A stretch of DNA of 64,000 nt from Bacteroidota bacterium (lineage in GTDB: Bacteria; Bacteroidota; Bacteroidia; UBA8524): the NCBI GenBank assembly GCA_016124735.1, contig WGMZ01000026.1, positions 3,477 to 67,476 of the forward strand, given 5' to 3'. The notes beneath the pieces are model-generated. The model had not been told where the DNA came from. It made no database searches and was given only the letters and a program-made list of their open reading frames with translations. The position numbers and the translations under genes are program-made. Positions 47,757-57,477 of this stretch are shown piece by piece. Each line of letters begins with the position of its first letter. Position 1 is the stretch's first letter.

Positions 47757-48425
47757 ATGGATTTAGGCCCAATACTGATTTTTATTCCAATCGCATTTTC
47801 CACCTTGTTCCCTGTAGTAAACCCAATTGGGACCGGAATTTTATTTTTGAACCTAACCACCGAAGCATCCAGTCCACTAAGAAGACAAATAGCAAGGAAA
47901 ATTGCTGCCAATTCGCTGGTGGTCATGCTTTTTGTCCTGATGATAGGACTTTATGTACTCGAGCTATTCGGTTTGAGTATCCCGGTTGTTCAGTTATGCG
48001 GCGGCTTAATCCTATTTTTTATGGGGTGGCAGTCACTTCACTCCAGCGATGGGACGAACGACGCAAGCAAGAAAGACTATGTGAGGGAAGATGTAAAATC
48101 GGTTTACGAAAACCAGGCCTTTTACCCCTTCACTTTTCCTTTAACAATAGGCCCCGGGACCATTGCTGCGGGACTCACACTCAGCGCAGAAGCATCAAAA
48201 ACAGCCGGAATTATTAAATGGGAGAATTATTTAGGGATAACCATTGCTATGCTGCTGGTAGCCATTGTCATTTACATCTCCTACGGCTACTCCGATTTAA
48301 TAGTTCATCGTTTGTCACCTAGTTTGCGGAAAGTAATCATGCGTTTGCTGAACTTTATTCTTCTATGTATTGGTGGACAAATCACTGTCAATGGAATACA
48401 TGCGATTATTCAGTCATTTCAGTAA
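47757..48425 (+). CDS. MarC family membrane protein
   Basis: VNPIG, GGLIL, PFTFPLTIGPG, C-terminal IGGQ. Confidence 0.9.
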   Translation: MDLGPILIFIPIAFSTLFPVVNPIGTGILFLNLTTEASSPLRRQIARKIAANSLVVMLFVLMIGLYVLELFGLSIPVVQLCGGLILFFMGWQSLHSSDGTNDASKKDYVREDVKSVYENQAFYPFTFPLTIGPGTIAAGLTLSAEASKTAGIIKWENYLGITIAMLLVAIVIYISYGYSDLIVHRLSPSLRKVIMRLLNFILLCIGGQITVNGIHAIIQSFQ

Positions 48426-48903
48426 GAAAGACCTGTAAAACACCTTTTAAGTCAGCTGGAGAGTATGCAACAGACTTCAAGGTCTTTTCATCTGCCTTCC
48501 TGTAAACTAGGTATTTACCGTCTATTTCCTTGAAATAAGCCGACTGCCCCATATTTTCAAAATGTTCCACTGTTTTTAGAGCCTCCTCATGCGAATCACA
48601 AGCCTTACTCATATTCGAACGCTGAACTTCGTTAAATAACGCTTCAAAAGCATGCTGTAAGCCAAATTCGAGCACTGCGCCGCTTAGAACATATTGAAGG
48701 TCGCATAAGGCATCTGCAATGGCTACCAGGTCATTTTCCGCAATGGCTTCTTTTAATTCATTTAATTCCTCCTGAAGAAGCTCTACGCGCAAGTCGCAGC
48801 GCTTTCCTGAAGGTATTTGGGGCTGATCCAGGATTGGATGGCCGAATGTGGAATGGAATTCACCAACCATTTTCAGGCTGTTTGGCATGTTGATTTCTTT
48901 CAT
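48406..48903 (-). CDS. All-alpha nucleoside triphosphate pyrophosphohydrolase (MazG/PRA-PH-like)
   Basis: LLQEELNE, IADALCDLQYV, EVQRSNMSK. Confidence 0.88.
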   Translation of the reverse strand: MKEINMPNSLKMVGEFHSTFGHPILDQPQIPSGKRCDLRVELLQEELNELKEAIAENDLVAIADALCDLQYVLSGAVLEFGLQHAFEALFNEVQRSNMSKACDSHEEALKTVEHFENMGQSAYFKEIDGKYLVYRKADEKTLKSVAYSPADLKGVLQVFLTEMTE

Positions 48904-49232
48904 ATCTTTCGTTTTTCACGCATTTCAAGCTCTAATTCGCGGAGCTCAAGTTGTATTTCCTTTAATTTTTGTTCGGTTTTATGGAGAAACAACTCCAATT
49001 CTTGTGAATTATTAGATCGTTTGAGCCTTTCTCCCTGACCATTTAATAGCCATTCCGGCGCTATTTCTGGAAATTTGATAAGAAGTTTTTGGATGAGATC
49101 TATACCAGGCTTATTCCTGCCACTGCTAATATGACTAAGCTGTGCCTGAGATACATCCAGGGTATTTGCCAATTCACTTTTACTCAATCCGGAGGCATCC
49201 ATCACAAGCTTAACTCTCTCTCCAATACTCAT
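48900..49232 (-). CDS. XRE/Cro-C1 HTH protein with C-terminal coiled coil
   Basis: LSHISSGRNKPG, PEWLLNGQG; ATGA overlap with the pyrophosphohydrolase gene. Confidence 0.88.
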   Translation of the reverse strand: MSIGERVKLVMDASGLSKSELANTLDVSQAQLSHISSGRNKPGIDLIQKLLIKFPEIAPEWLLNGQGERLKRSNNSQELELFLHKTEQKLKEIQLELRELELEMREKRKI

Positions 49233-49289
49233 ATTACAAGTGTAAAGTTGTTTTACAATTGTAAAGAGAGTTCACTTTACGTTTGTAAA
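49233..49289. promoter_or_regulatory. Three 14-bp palindromic operators, consensus TTTACA-N2-TGTAAA
   Basis: ATTACAAGTGTAAA 49233-49246, TTTACAATTGTAAA 49252-49265, TTTACGTTTGTAAA 49276-49289, abutting the HTH start codon. Confidence 0.7.
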
Positions 49290-49636
49290 ATACTTGCTCA
49301 CATTCTGTGCATTAATGTTCTGATAATACTTAAACAAGTAAATAAATAAAAAATCATATCTATTTGATTTACTAAACTTTAAATAAATATATTCCACTTG
49401 TATCACTACGGATATTCGAAGCAAAATCAGAGTAAGACATCACTGAACTATTGTAATTTATCGGAGAAAAATCATGGGCCGAATGTAAAATGAAAGGCCA
49501 CTTTCCTTCCCTTTTTCCTCTTCTTAAAGGAGAATTCACAAATAAGAATCCTGAATACAACGCGCAGAATGAAATATACCTTCCATTTTTTTTTCTTGAT
49601 GGATTAGGTAATTTCGGCAACCGTTAAGGATTTGGT

Positions 49637-52114
49637 ATGAGAAAAATAAACTTGATTGCTGCGTTATTGCTTGGATTCGTGGGATTTTCACACGGACAGG
49701 AACAATGGAATGCTGCAAGGATTCAACATGAAATAAATAAACTTCCGGTAAAGGGCACAGTGCTTTATATCGCAGCACACCCGGACGACGAAAACACCCG
49801 CCTGATCACATGGCTTGCGAACGAGAAAAAATTCAGAACCGCCTATCTTTCTCTAACCCGAGGAGATGGCGGACAAAATCTTATAGGCAATGAATTGGGA
49901 GTTAAACTGGGGATTATACGTACCCATGAACTAATGGCCGCCCGGCGTCTGGATGGAGGCGAACAGTTCTTTACCCGGGCTTTTGATTTTGGTTACAGCA
50001 AATCGCCGGAAGAAACCTTTACCAAATGGAACAAAGATTCCATCCTTTCAGATATGGTTTTTGTTATTCGGAAAATTCAACCGGATGTCATTATTACCCG
50101 CTTCCCTACCGGCGGCTACCCCACACATGGCCACCATACGGCTTCTGCAATACTTGCTTCAGAAGCATTTGAAGCAGCAGCCGACCCTCAGCGATTTCCA
50201 GAGCAGTTTAGCTACGGAGTCAAGCCCTGGAAAGTGAAGGCGCTATTTTGGAACGCTTCTACCTGGTGGAACAAAAATCTACCCGAGATTGCCGCACAAA
50301 ATGATAGTTTCTTCTCCGTGGATGTAGGAGGATTTAACCCTTTACTCGGGGCTTCTTACACAGAAATTGCGGGACGCAGCAGAAGTATGCACAAAAGCCA
50401 GGGCTTTGGTTCGGCACAAACTGCCGGACAAGAATGGGAATATTTAAAATTAATCCAATCACACACAGAACTGAATCAGAAATATCCGTTCGCTTTTATT
50501 TCAGAAACTATCGAAAAAGAAGGATTCAAAAATCTATTTAATAAAATATCATACACAACTGATAATAATCATTTTAACGAGTACATGACAAATATTGTCA
50601 ATATGTATAAATGGTTTGATTCGAATGATTCTACCCCACTATTACAACACCGTAAAGAACAGATAAAGGAAATTGTCCGACAAAGTCTTGGTTTGAAAAT
50701 GGAGTTAAATGCTGAGCTTTTAAAATATGGACAAGGTTCTACCCTCCCTGTTGAATTTTCGATTTTAACACGTTTAGGCGAAGGAGTAAAACTTCAATCA
50801 ATAGTACCAGAGGAAGGTGTACAGTCTGTAGATGATTTAGCTAATAAACCAATCTCCACGGAAACGGGTATTTCAATCAAGCTTCCATTCAAAATTACAT
50901 TGTCCGATGAATTCTATACCGAACTCCCCTGGTTAAGCAATGGACTTTCCGGAAGTATGTTTGCCAATTCATGGAGGGACGGTGGAATATATCCTGGAAT
51001 TGACAGAAGTGTTAGAATTGATGTGGCCGTAATCGTAAATGAAACAGTATTTCACTATTCGGTTCCGCTCGCTTTTAAGTCCATCGATCCTGTAAAAGGC
51101 GAAAGAAATTTCCCTGTAATAATTCAACCAAGATTGGAAGCAAAACTGGAAAGCGACAACCTTTTGTTCATTAATAAGCAGGAAGAGCAGCTTTCTCTAT
51201 CTATTATTTCTCATGCTCCTTATAAGGGGAGAGTTTATACCCATTTCAGCGGGCATTTCTCTTCCAGCAAAGGGCCACGTGGAGGATTTGACTTTCAATC
51301 AGACACGAGTTACCAATTGAACTTGTCCGTTTCATTGCTTACGCCCAATGGTCAGGGAATAATGGAATTTAGAGCAGAAGGGACAGAGCTTAGAAAAGTG
51401 AACATTATAGAATACGACCATATTGGAATTATTCAACATTGCGAAGTTCCCAAACTCAACCTAAATGCGCTTGAGATAAAATCCAGCACAAGAAAAATTG
51501 CCTACTTACAGGGCGCTGGCGATGATGTAGCGGATTATTTGCGGATTACAGGCTTTGACGTGACAGATATTCGTCAGGATGATTTAATTCCGGAAGTTCT
51601 TTCCAAATACAATGTAATCATTTTAGGAATTCGTGCCTACAACACGCTTAACATTACAGATGAGCAACAAAAGAACCTAATGGATTATGCGCAAAACGGA
51701 GGACATGTGATTGTTCAGTACCTCACTACCCGTGGTTTAAAACGAAAAAACTTCGGACCTTATCCTTTGGAAATCACCCACGACCGCGTTACACAGGAAG
51801 ACGCAGCCATGAATTTCATTTCCGACTCAGAACCGCTTTTAATTGGGCCGAACAAAATAACGGAGACCGATTTCTCCAATTGGGTGCAGGAAAGAGGATT
51901 GTATTTTGCCGGTTCCTGGGACGAACATTACCGGCCTGTATTTCGCTGTCACGACACGGGTGAGCCGGACCTGGAAGGAGCTTTACTTGTGGCTGATTAC
52001 GGAAAGGGAAGTTTTATCTATACGGGCATTTCATTTTTCAGACAGCTGCCTGCAGGAGTTCCCGGAGCCTACCGACTACTCGGTAATTTAATTGAATACC
52101 AAAATCCCGGGTAA
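49637..52114 (+). CDS. Secreted PIG-L/LmbE family deacetylase with C-terminal GATase-like domain
   Basis: Signal peptide, AAHPDDE, TRGDGGQN, HGHH, SMHKSQGFG, WVQERGLYF, RQLPAGVPGAYRL. Confidence 0.9.
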   Translation: MRKINLIAALLLGFVGFSHGQEQWNAARIQHEINKLPVKGTVLYIAAHPDDENTRLITWLANEKKFRTAYLSLTRGDGGQNLIGNELGVKLGIIRTHELMAARRLDGGEQFFTRAFDFGYSKSPEETFTKWNKDSILSDMVFVIRKIQPDVIITRFPTGGYPTHGHHTASAILASEAFEAAADPQRFPEQFSYGVKPWKVKALFWNASTWWNKNLPEIAAQNDSFFSVDVGGFNPLLGASYTEIAGRSRSMHKSQGFGSAQTAGQEWEYLKLIQSHTELNQKYPFAFISETIEKEGFKNLFNKISYTTDNNHFNEYMTNIVNMYKWFDSNDSTPLLQHRKEQIKEIVRQSLGLKMELNAELLKYGQGSTLPVEFSILTRLGEGVKLQSIVPEEGVQSVDDLANKPISTETGISIKLPFKITLSDEFYTELPWLSNGLSGSMFANSWRDGGIYPGIDRSVRIDVAVIVNETVFHYSVPLAFKSIDPVKGERNFPVIIQPRLEAKLESDNLLFINKQEEQLSLSIISHAPYKGRVYTHFSGHFSSSKGPRGGFDFQSDTSYQLNLSVSLLTPNGQGIMEFRAEGTELRKVNIIEYDHIGIIQHCEVPKLNLNALEIKSSTRKIAYLQGAGDDVADYLRITGFDVTDIRQDDLIPEVLSKYNVIILGIRAYNTLNITDEQQKNLMDYAQNGGHVIVQYLTTRGLKRKNFGPYPLEITHDRVTQEDAAMNFISDSEPLLIGPNKITETDFSNWVQERGLYFAGSWDEHYRPVFRCHDTGEPDLEGALLVADYGKGSFIYTGISFFRQLPAGVPGAYRLLGNLIEYQNPG

Positions 52115-52115
52115 G

Positions 52116-52211
52116 ATGAAGAGTAATACGAAGTGGGCCCGTTGGTACATTTTTGTTTTGAGCATGCTGCTGCTGGAAATTATTTTCGGGATTTGGTGGA
52201 CATATCATTGA
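52116..52211 (+). CDS. 31-aa single-TM peptide between the deacetylase and the symporter
   Basis: MKSNTKWARWYIFVLSMLLLEIIFGIWWTYH*; starts 1 bp after the upstream stop and ends 1 bp before the symporter ATG; below the ORF-track cutoff. Confidence 0.7.
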   Translation: MKSNTKWARWYIFVLSMLLLEIIFGIWWTYH

Positions 52212-52212
52212 G

Positions 52213-53895
52213 ATGGCAGGACTTGATTGGATTGTACTTCTTTTGACACTCGGCTTTATTGTCAGTTTTGGCATATATCGATCGCGTGGAAGCCGCACTC
52301 TCAACTCGTTTCTTAAGGGAGGAAATACTGACAACTGGATGACAGTTGGACTCTCTGTCATGGCAACTCAAGCCAGTGCCATTACTTTTCTGTCCGCCAC
52401 AGGCCAGGGCTACGAATCAGGACTTGGATTTGCTCAATTCTATTTCGGAATGCCATTGGCTATTGTGCTTATCTGTGCAGTATTTATTCCTATTTACTAT
52501 AAACTCAATGTTTTTACCGCATACGAATACCTGGAAAGCAGGTTCGACTTAAAAACCCGGCTATTCACTGCATTTCTGTTCCTTGTATCGAGAGCTTTTG
52601 CTGCCGGGATAACCATTTTCGCGCCGGCTATCGTGTTAAGCACACTGTTCGAATGGCCGCTGTACCTCACCAATATTGCCATCGGACTTTTGGTGATTCT
52701 GTATACCGTTAGCGGAGGCAGCAAGGCTGTGATCGTTACACAGCGACAACAGATGATGGTGATATTTTTTGGAATGTTCCTGGCATTTTACCTGATCATC
52801 GATTCCTTTCCAGAGGAGGTTGGAATTAATGAAGCAATCAGATTGGCGCGACTTGGGGATAAATTAAATATCGTTAATACTGAATTCAACCTGAACGAAC
52901 GTTATACCTTATGGTCGGGATTATTGGGTGGCTTCTTCCTGTTCTTAAGTTACTTTGGCACCGATCAGTCGCAGGTACAACGCTATATTACAGCAAGTAA
53001 CACAGACCAAAGCAGGATTGGATTGCTTTTTAATGCACTGTTCAAAGTTCCGATGCAGGTATTTATTTTGCTATGTGGGGTCATGCTTTTTGCCTTTTTC
53101 CAGTTTGAAAAGGTTCCGGCATACTTCAATGCCCAACAATACGAAAGAGCCTTACAAAGCAACAAAGGAGATTCATTAAATTTATTAGCCTCTGAACTGG
53201 AATCTTTGGACACCCGAAAAGCAAGCCTTGCCCTTTCAGCTGCCAAAGGAAACAACACCCGGGAATACCAGTTGATTTTGAATTCCAGAAATCAGAAACA
53301 GGTGGAATTGAGATCCCTGATGTCGCGAGCCCTGCCTGAAGAAAGTATCAAGGATACCGATTATGTCTTTCTTTACTATGTACTTCATTATTTCCCGCCC
53401 GGGGTGGTAGGCCTTCTTCTCGCTGTGATTCTCAGCGCTGCCATGTCTTCCACTTCAGGTGAGCTCAATGCACTCGCTTCTACAGCAATGGTCGACTTTT
53501 ACAGAAGATTGAACTACAAAAAAGACTTGAGTCCAAAGCAAGAAGTGCGTGCTTCCAGGCTTTGGACTTTGTTCTGGGGACTTCTCGCCATTGTATTTGC
53601 ATTATCGGCTAACCTGTTTGAAAACCTGATCCAGTTAGTCAATATTATCGGATCGCTGTTTTACGGAACCATTTTAGGGATTTTCGTTTGCGGCTTTTTC
53701 ATTCGAAGAATTCATGCGAAGCATGTCTTGCAATCTGCCATTCTTGCCGAAGCAGGTGTTATTATCGCTCATACCTTCACCGATTTAAGTTTCCTTTGGC
53801 TCAATCCAATCGGTTGTTTACTTGTCGTATTTATCGCTTTGTTTTTCAGCTACTTATACAAATATGATTCGCCTGTAAAATCGAAAATATCATAA
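52213..53895 (+). CDS. Sodium:solute symporter (SSS family)
   Basis: SVMATQASAITFL, TAYEYLESRF, GTDQSQVQRY, SAAMSSTSGELNALA. Confidence 0.93.
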   Translation: MAGLDWIVLLLTLGFIVSFGIYRSRGSRTLNSFLKGGNTDNWMTVGLSVMATQASAITFLSATGQGYESGLGFAQFYFGMPLAIVLICAVFIPIYYKLNVFTAYEYLESRFDLKTRLFTAFLFLVSRAFAAGITIFAPAIVLSTLFEWPLYLTNIAIGLLVILYTVSGGSKAVIVTQRQQMMVIFFGMFLAFYLIIDSFPEEVGINEAIRLARLGDKLNIVNTEFNLNERYTLWSGLLGGFFLFLSYFGTDQSQVQRYITASNTDQSRIGLLFNALFKVPMQVFILLCGVMLFAFFQFEKVPAYFNAQQYERALQSNKGDSLNLLASELESLDTRKASLALSAAKGNNTREYQLILNSRNQKQVELRSLMSRALPEESIKDTDYVFLYYVLHYFPPGVVGLLLAVILSAAMSSTSGELNALASTAMVDFYRRLNYKKDLSPKQEVRASRLWTLFWGLLAIVFALSANLFENLIQLVNIIGSLFYGTILGIFVCGFFIRRIHAKHVLQSAILAEAGVIIAHTFTDLSFLWLNPIGCLLVVFIALFFSYLYKYDSPVKSKIS

Positions 53896-53935
53896 ATCAA
53901 GACTTCCTTTAATTTTGCAAACCAATAATTATACT

Positions 53936-54667
53936 ATGCTTGAAACATTTGCCACCAGCGCTGCATGGATCTCTTTACTCACATTAACACTTATGGAAAT
54001 TATTCTGGGAATTGATAATGTTATATTTATCTCCATTGTAGCTGGCAAACTTCCAGAGAAAGAACAAAAAAGGGCCCGAGGAATCGGATTGTTTCTAGCT
54101 TTATTCATCCGCATAGTGCTTTTGATGGCTATCAGCTGGATCATTGGCCTGACGAGTCCTGTTTTTACGGTCTTTCAAAATGAAATTTCCTGGAGAGATC
54201 TCATCCTTATAGCCGGAGGTTTGTTTTTAATTGGAAAAAGTACGCTCGAAATTCACCAGCGTATTGAATACGGTGAAGAAGCTCCCGAAGGAATGAATCA
54301 AAAAAGAAATTCTTTTTCCAAGGTAGTAATACAAATCATGTTGCTGGATGTGGTTTTCTCTTTTGATTCCATCATTACCGCCGTGGGTCTTGCCGACCAT
54401 ATCAGCATCATGATCCTTGCAGTGATTATCTCCATGGGCATCATGTTTCTTTTTGCCTCTCCTGTCAGTCGGTTTATCCATCAAAATCCTACCATGAAGA
54501 TGTTGGCACTCTCCTTTTTAATAATGATTGGAATGACATTAATCGTAGAAGCTTTGGAATATGAGGTCCCCAAAGGTTACGTTTACTTTGCCATGGCTTT
54601 TTCTCTCCTGGTTGAGAGTCTGAATATTCGGCTCAGAAAAAAAGACAGCAAGCGCGAACAGGCATAA
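53936..54667 (+). CDS. TerC family membrane protein
   Basis: MEIILGIDNVIFI, LDVVFSFDSIITAVG, PKGYVYFAM. Confidence 0.93.
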   Translation: MLETFATSAAWISLLTLTLMEIILGIDNVIFISIVAGKLPEKEQKRARGIGLFLALFIRIVLLMAISWIIGLTSPVFTVFQNEISWRDLILIAGGLFLIGKSTLEIHQRIEYGEEAPEGMNQKRNSFSKVVIQIMLLDVVFSFDSIITAVGLADHISIMILAVIISMGIMFLFASPVSRFIHQNPTMKMLALSFLIMIGMTLIVEALEYEVPKGYVYFAMAFSLLVESLNIRLRKKDSKREQA

Positions 54668-54698
54668 AAAAATCCGCCATGGAGTACCGGCGGATTTT
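54666..54698. terminator. Bidirectional intrinsic terminator
   Basis: A-run plus AATCCGCC...GGCGGATT plus T-run between convergent genes. Confidence 0.75.
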
Positions 54699-54719
54699 CA
54701 ACTATTTTAAACTGCTGAA

Positions 54720-55550
54720 TTATTTCCAGTCGTTAAGTGCTTTCTCTACCTGCGATTTCCAAAAGAATCCATCTACATTCTTCATTCCCAGTTCATGTGC
54801 ACGCTTGGCAGAATTTAGAGCGCCTTTTTTATCATTCAATTTGTACTGAATCTGCGCTTTAATCCAAATAACAAACCAACTATCCGGATTTATTTTATCT
54901 GCTTGAGTAATATAATCCAGCGCAACATGCATATCTCCATCATGGTCCAGTAGGTATCTTGCCCCATTGGCATAATTTCTCCAGCTTCCTTTGATGGCAT
55001 CATCAATATTCTTCATGGCCATCGCATCGGTTGCTACGGTAAAAGGAATAGAAATGCGGGTTGTTGCCCATTCCATCACGATGTTTCCACCATTCTCATC
55101 AAAATCAGCAATTTGAAAATTCAGGCGTTCTCTTTCTTGGCAGGTAGCCGCCTTCACTTGTATGCGAAGGGCATCTTCTTCCTGTTTGTAACTTGAAGTA
55201 CCACTTTGATTGTAATTTTTATTCAGGATAAAGGTCCATTCATTTTCACCAGGAATGGTAAATATGGAATAGGTTCCTGCCGGAACTTCATTTCCAGCCA
55301 ATTGAATTGGAGTAGAGAAGGAAATTTTGGTACAACCGTTGGCACCAGTTCTCCACAGTTCATTGTAAGGAAGCAATTCTCCAAAAATTTTACGCCCTTT
55401 TACACCAGGTGCACTGTATTCGATTTTAATTTCCGTTAATCCGACTACTTGCGAAACTGAAGCAGCAGGACTCGGTTGTGGCAAATCGAGCTGTGCATGT
55501 GCGGCTGATGCGCCGACTACTGCACTAAAAAGTAAAATGAGTTTTTTCAT
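54720..55550 (-). CDS. DUF2911 domain protein with C-terminal TPR-like region
   Basis: Signal peptide, PQPSP, YSAPGVKGRKIFG, WRTGAN, AGTYSIFTIP. Confidence 0.88.
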   Translation of the reverse strand: MKKLILLFSAVVGASAAHAQLDLPQPSPAASVSQVVGLTEIKIEYSAPGVKGRKIFGELLPYNELWRTGANGCTKISFSTPIQLAGNEVPAGTYSIFTIPGENEWTFILNKNYNQSGTSSYKQEEDALRIQVKAATCQERERLNFQIADFDENGGNIVMEWATTRISIPFTVATDAMAMKNIDDAIKGSWRNYANGARYLLDHDGDMHVALDYITQADKINPDSWFVIWIKAQIQYKLNDKKGALNSAKRAHELGMKNVDGFFWKSQVEKALNDWK

Positions 55551-55611
55551 TGTATTTACACTAAATGAGCTGCAAGATTGAAAATCTTTTTCAGACCTTC
55601 AAATGCTTTTA

Positions 55612-56082
55612 TCAGAAAAGCAGCAGGATTATTTTCCAAAGGAGCCACAAGGCATAAACTAATTTAATCATTACTCCACTCAGGAATCCAAGAAACGCAT
55701 ACGTGGCGGGCCTTATCGCATCAGAGGCAGATTTCCCTGAACTCATCTCTCCCAACCATGCGCCGACAAACGGACCGAAAATAACACCGGGAATTCCTAA
55801 AAATAAGCCAGCCACCACGCCCAAATTCGCGCCGACCACTGCCTTTCGGCTTCCTTTACCCAATTTCACCAAGTAACCAGGTAATAGATAATCTGTCAGT
55901 GTTATCACCACCATCAGAGCGGTGCAGTACCATAAAAAATCAGAACCTGGGTTTACTCCACCTAATGAACAGACCTGGATGCCTGCCCAGGCCAGCAAAG
56001 GTCCGGGCAATGCCGGTAGAAAACTACCGATAATACCCGCCAATAATAAAAGGATTCCCAATGTCAGAAGAATCCATTCCAT
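55612..56082 (-). CDS. DUF456 family membrane protein
   Basis: GSFLPALPG, GPFVGAWLGE. Confidence 0.85.
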   Translation of the reverse strand: MEWILLTLGILLLLAGIIGSFLPALPGPLLAWAGIQVCSLGGVNPGSDFLWYCTALMVVITLTDYLLPGYLVKLGKGSRKAVVGANLGVVAGLFLGIPGVIFGPFVGAWLGEMSSGKSASDAIRPATYAFLGFLSGVMIKLVYALWLLWKIILLLF

Positions 56083-56085
56083 GGT

Positions 56086-56526
56086 TTACAACCAACCAGC
56101 GTTCACAAAACGAAATGGCCAGGGAATGGCCGCCAGAATAACCAGCAGGCTGATGCTGAAAAAAATGATCCGGCTTTTAAAAGCAGCGTCATCAGTAGCT
56201 GCTTTTTTCGCTCTGGCATTTCCAATAGTTGCCAATACTACTGCAATTAGCATCATTGAAGGATGCTCAATAATATAAAAGCGTGCCGTTGCATTTCCCA
56301 TACCTTCAGCCTGAAAAAGGGAGAACCAGGGAGATTGAAACACTACGGCAAGCCCAAGTAGAAATTGCACATGAATTGAAGCAACCGCCAAGGTTCCACT
56401 GCTCTTTTTAGAAGTAAAGCTCGCTCCTGACTTGCGTGCTTGTACAGCCTGAACAATCGAATAAATTAATGTAATAAGAACTACCCAACGAAGTCCTGAA
56501 TGCGCGTGAAGAATGCCGTTATACAT
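56086..56526 (-). CDS. Four-TM membrane protein with conserved His residues (cytochrome b-like)
   Basis: HAHSGLRW, HVQFLLG, IEHP, IPWP. Confidence 0.7.
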   Translation of the reverse strand: MYNGILHAHSGLRWVVLITLIYSIVQAVQARKSGASFTSKKSSGTLAVASIHVQFLLGLAVVFQSPWFSLFQAEGMGNATARFYIIEHPSMMLIAVVLATIGNARAKKAATDDAAFKSRIIFFSISLLVILAAIPWPFRFVNAGWL

Positions 56527-56578
56527 ATTCCTTTATTTGCCCCAAATATACATATTGCAGGCAAGGGAACATGTTTAA

Positions 56579-56872
56579 TTAATGACTTTGGATGATTTGT
56601 TCTATCTGATTCTTGGGCATTACACCGGATTGTCTCCATACCTGCGCTCCCTCTTTGAAGAGAATCATAGTTGGAACTCCCTGAATTTGATATGCTCCAG
56701 CTAATTCAGGATTCCTGTCTACATCAATCTTAACGATTTTGACTTCTTCGCCCATACTCTCCTTCACTTCATGAAGAATTGGACCCAACACTTTGCAGGG
56801 ACCGCACCATTCTGCGGAAAAATCAACCAAAACCTTTGGATGAGATTTAATTATGTCTTTGAAATTTGCCAT
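56579..56872 (-). CDS. trxA: Thioredoxin
   Basis: WCGPC active site, VPT cis-Pro motif. Confidence 0.95.
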   Translation of the reverse strand: MANFKDIIKSHPKVLVDFSAEWCGPCKVLGPILHEVKESMGEEVKIVKIDVDRNPELAGAYQIQGVPTMILFKEGAQVWRQSGVMPKNQIEQIIQSH

Positions 56873-56902
56873 GCCTGAAAGACATCAATTTCAATACCCT
56901 GA

Positions 56903-57385
56903 CTAAATTGCTGCCAACGAGGCCCGCGGTCTGTCAAAAAGACTTTCCAGGCATTCTTTCCTGTATTGAAAAATTCCTTCAATCTGCCGTTTTATCCATA
57001 ACCGGTGCATCAACTCACCAATAATTCCGAAAGGCAAGCTATAAGTTAATATATCTTCCATCCTGATTCCACCTTCAACTTCTCTAAACCGATGTTCATG
57101 ATGCCATAAACGATAAGGTCCCTGCCGCTGTTCATCAATAAAAAATTCTTTATCCTTCACCACAGTTATTTCGGTCAGCCATTGCAAGGAAATACCCCAT
57201 ACAGGTTTGATTTTGTAGCGGATCATTTGTCCGGGATATGCGGTATCCCCTGTTTTGAATTCGATTTGAAAATCAAGGTATTGAGGAGTTATCTCCGCTA
57301 AATTATCAGGAGAAGAAAAGAATTCCCAAGCCTCATCTAACGAAATTGCCAAAAACTGTGAGGTATTTAAATGATGGATAGCCAT
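56903..57385 (-). CDS. SRPBCC family protein
   Basis: AWEFFSSPDNLAEITP, FIDEQRQGPYRLWHHEHRF, IFQYRK. Confidence 0.88.
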   Translation of the reverse strand: MAIHHLNTSQFLAISLDEAWEFFSSPDNLAEITPQYLDFQIEFKTGDTAYPGQMIRYKIKPVWGISLQWLTEITVVKDKEFFIDEQRQGPYRLWHHEHRFREVEGGIRMEDILTYSLPFGIIGELMHRLWIKRQIEGIFQYRKECLESLFDRPRASLAAI

Positions 57386-57477
57386 ATTGCGATTGACAAA
57401 TCAATCTTGAAAAGGTTCATTGTCTGCTTGGCGTAATTATTGATTATTGCACTGCATTAACCCAAATCTATAACCGT

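Noticed and set aside
49233-49636. Replication origin at the AT-rich spacer where gene orientation flips
   Set aside because: No clear cluster of DnaA boxes, and spot counts suggest the plus strand is mostly C-rich on both sides; a cumulative GC-skew plot would settle it
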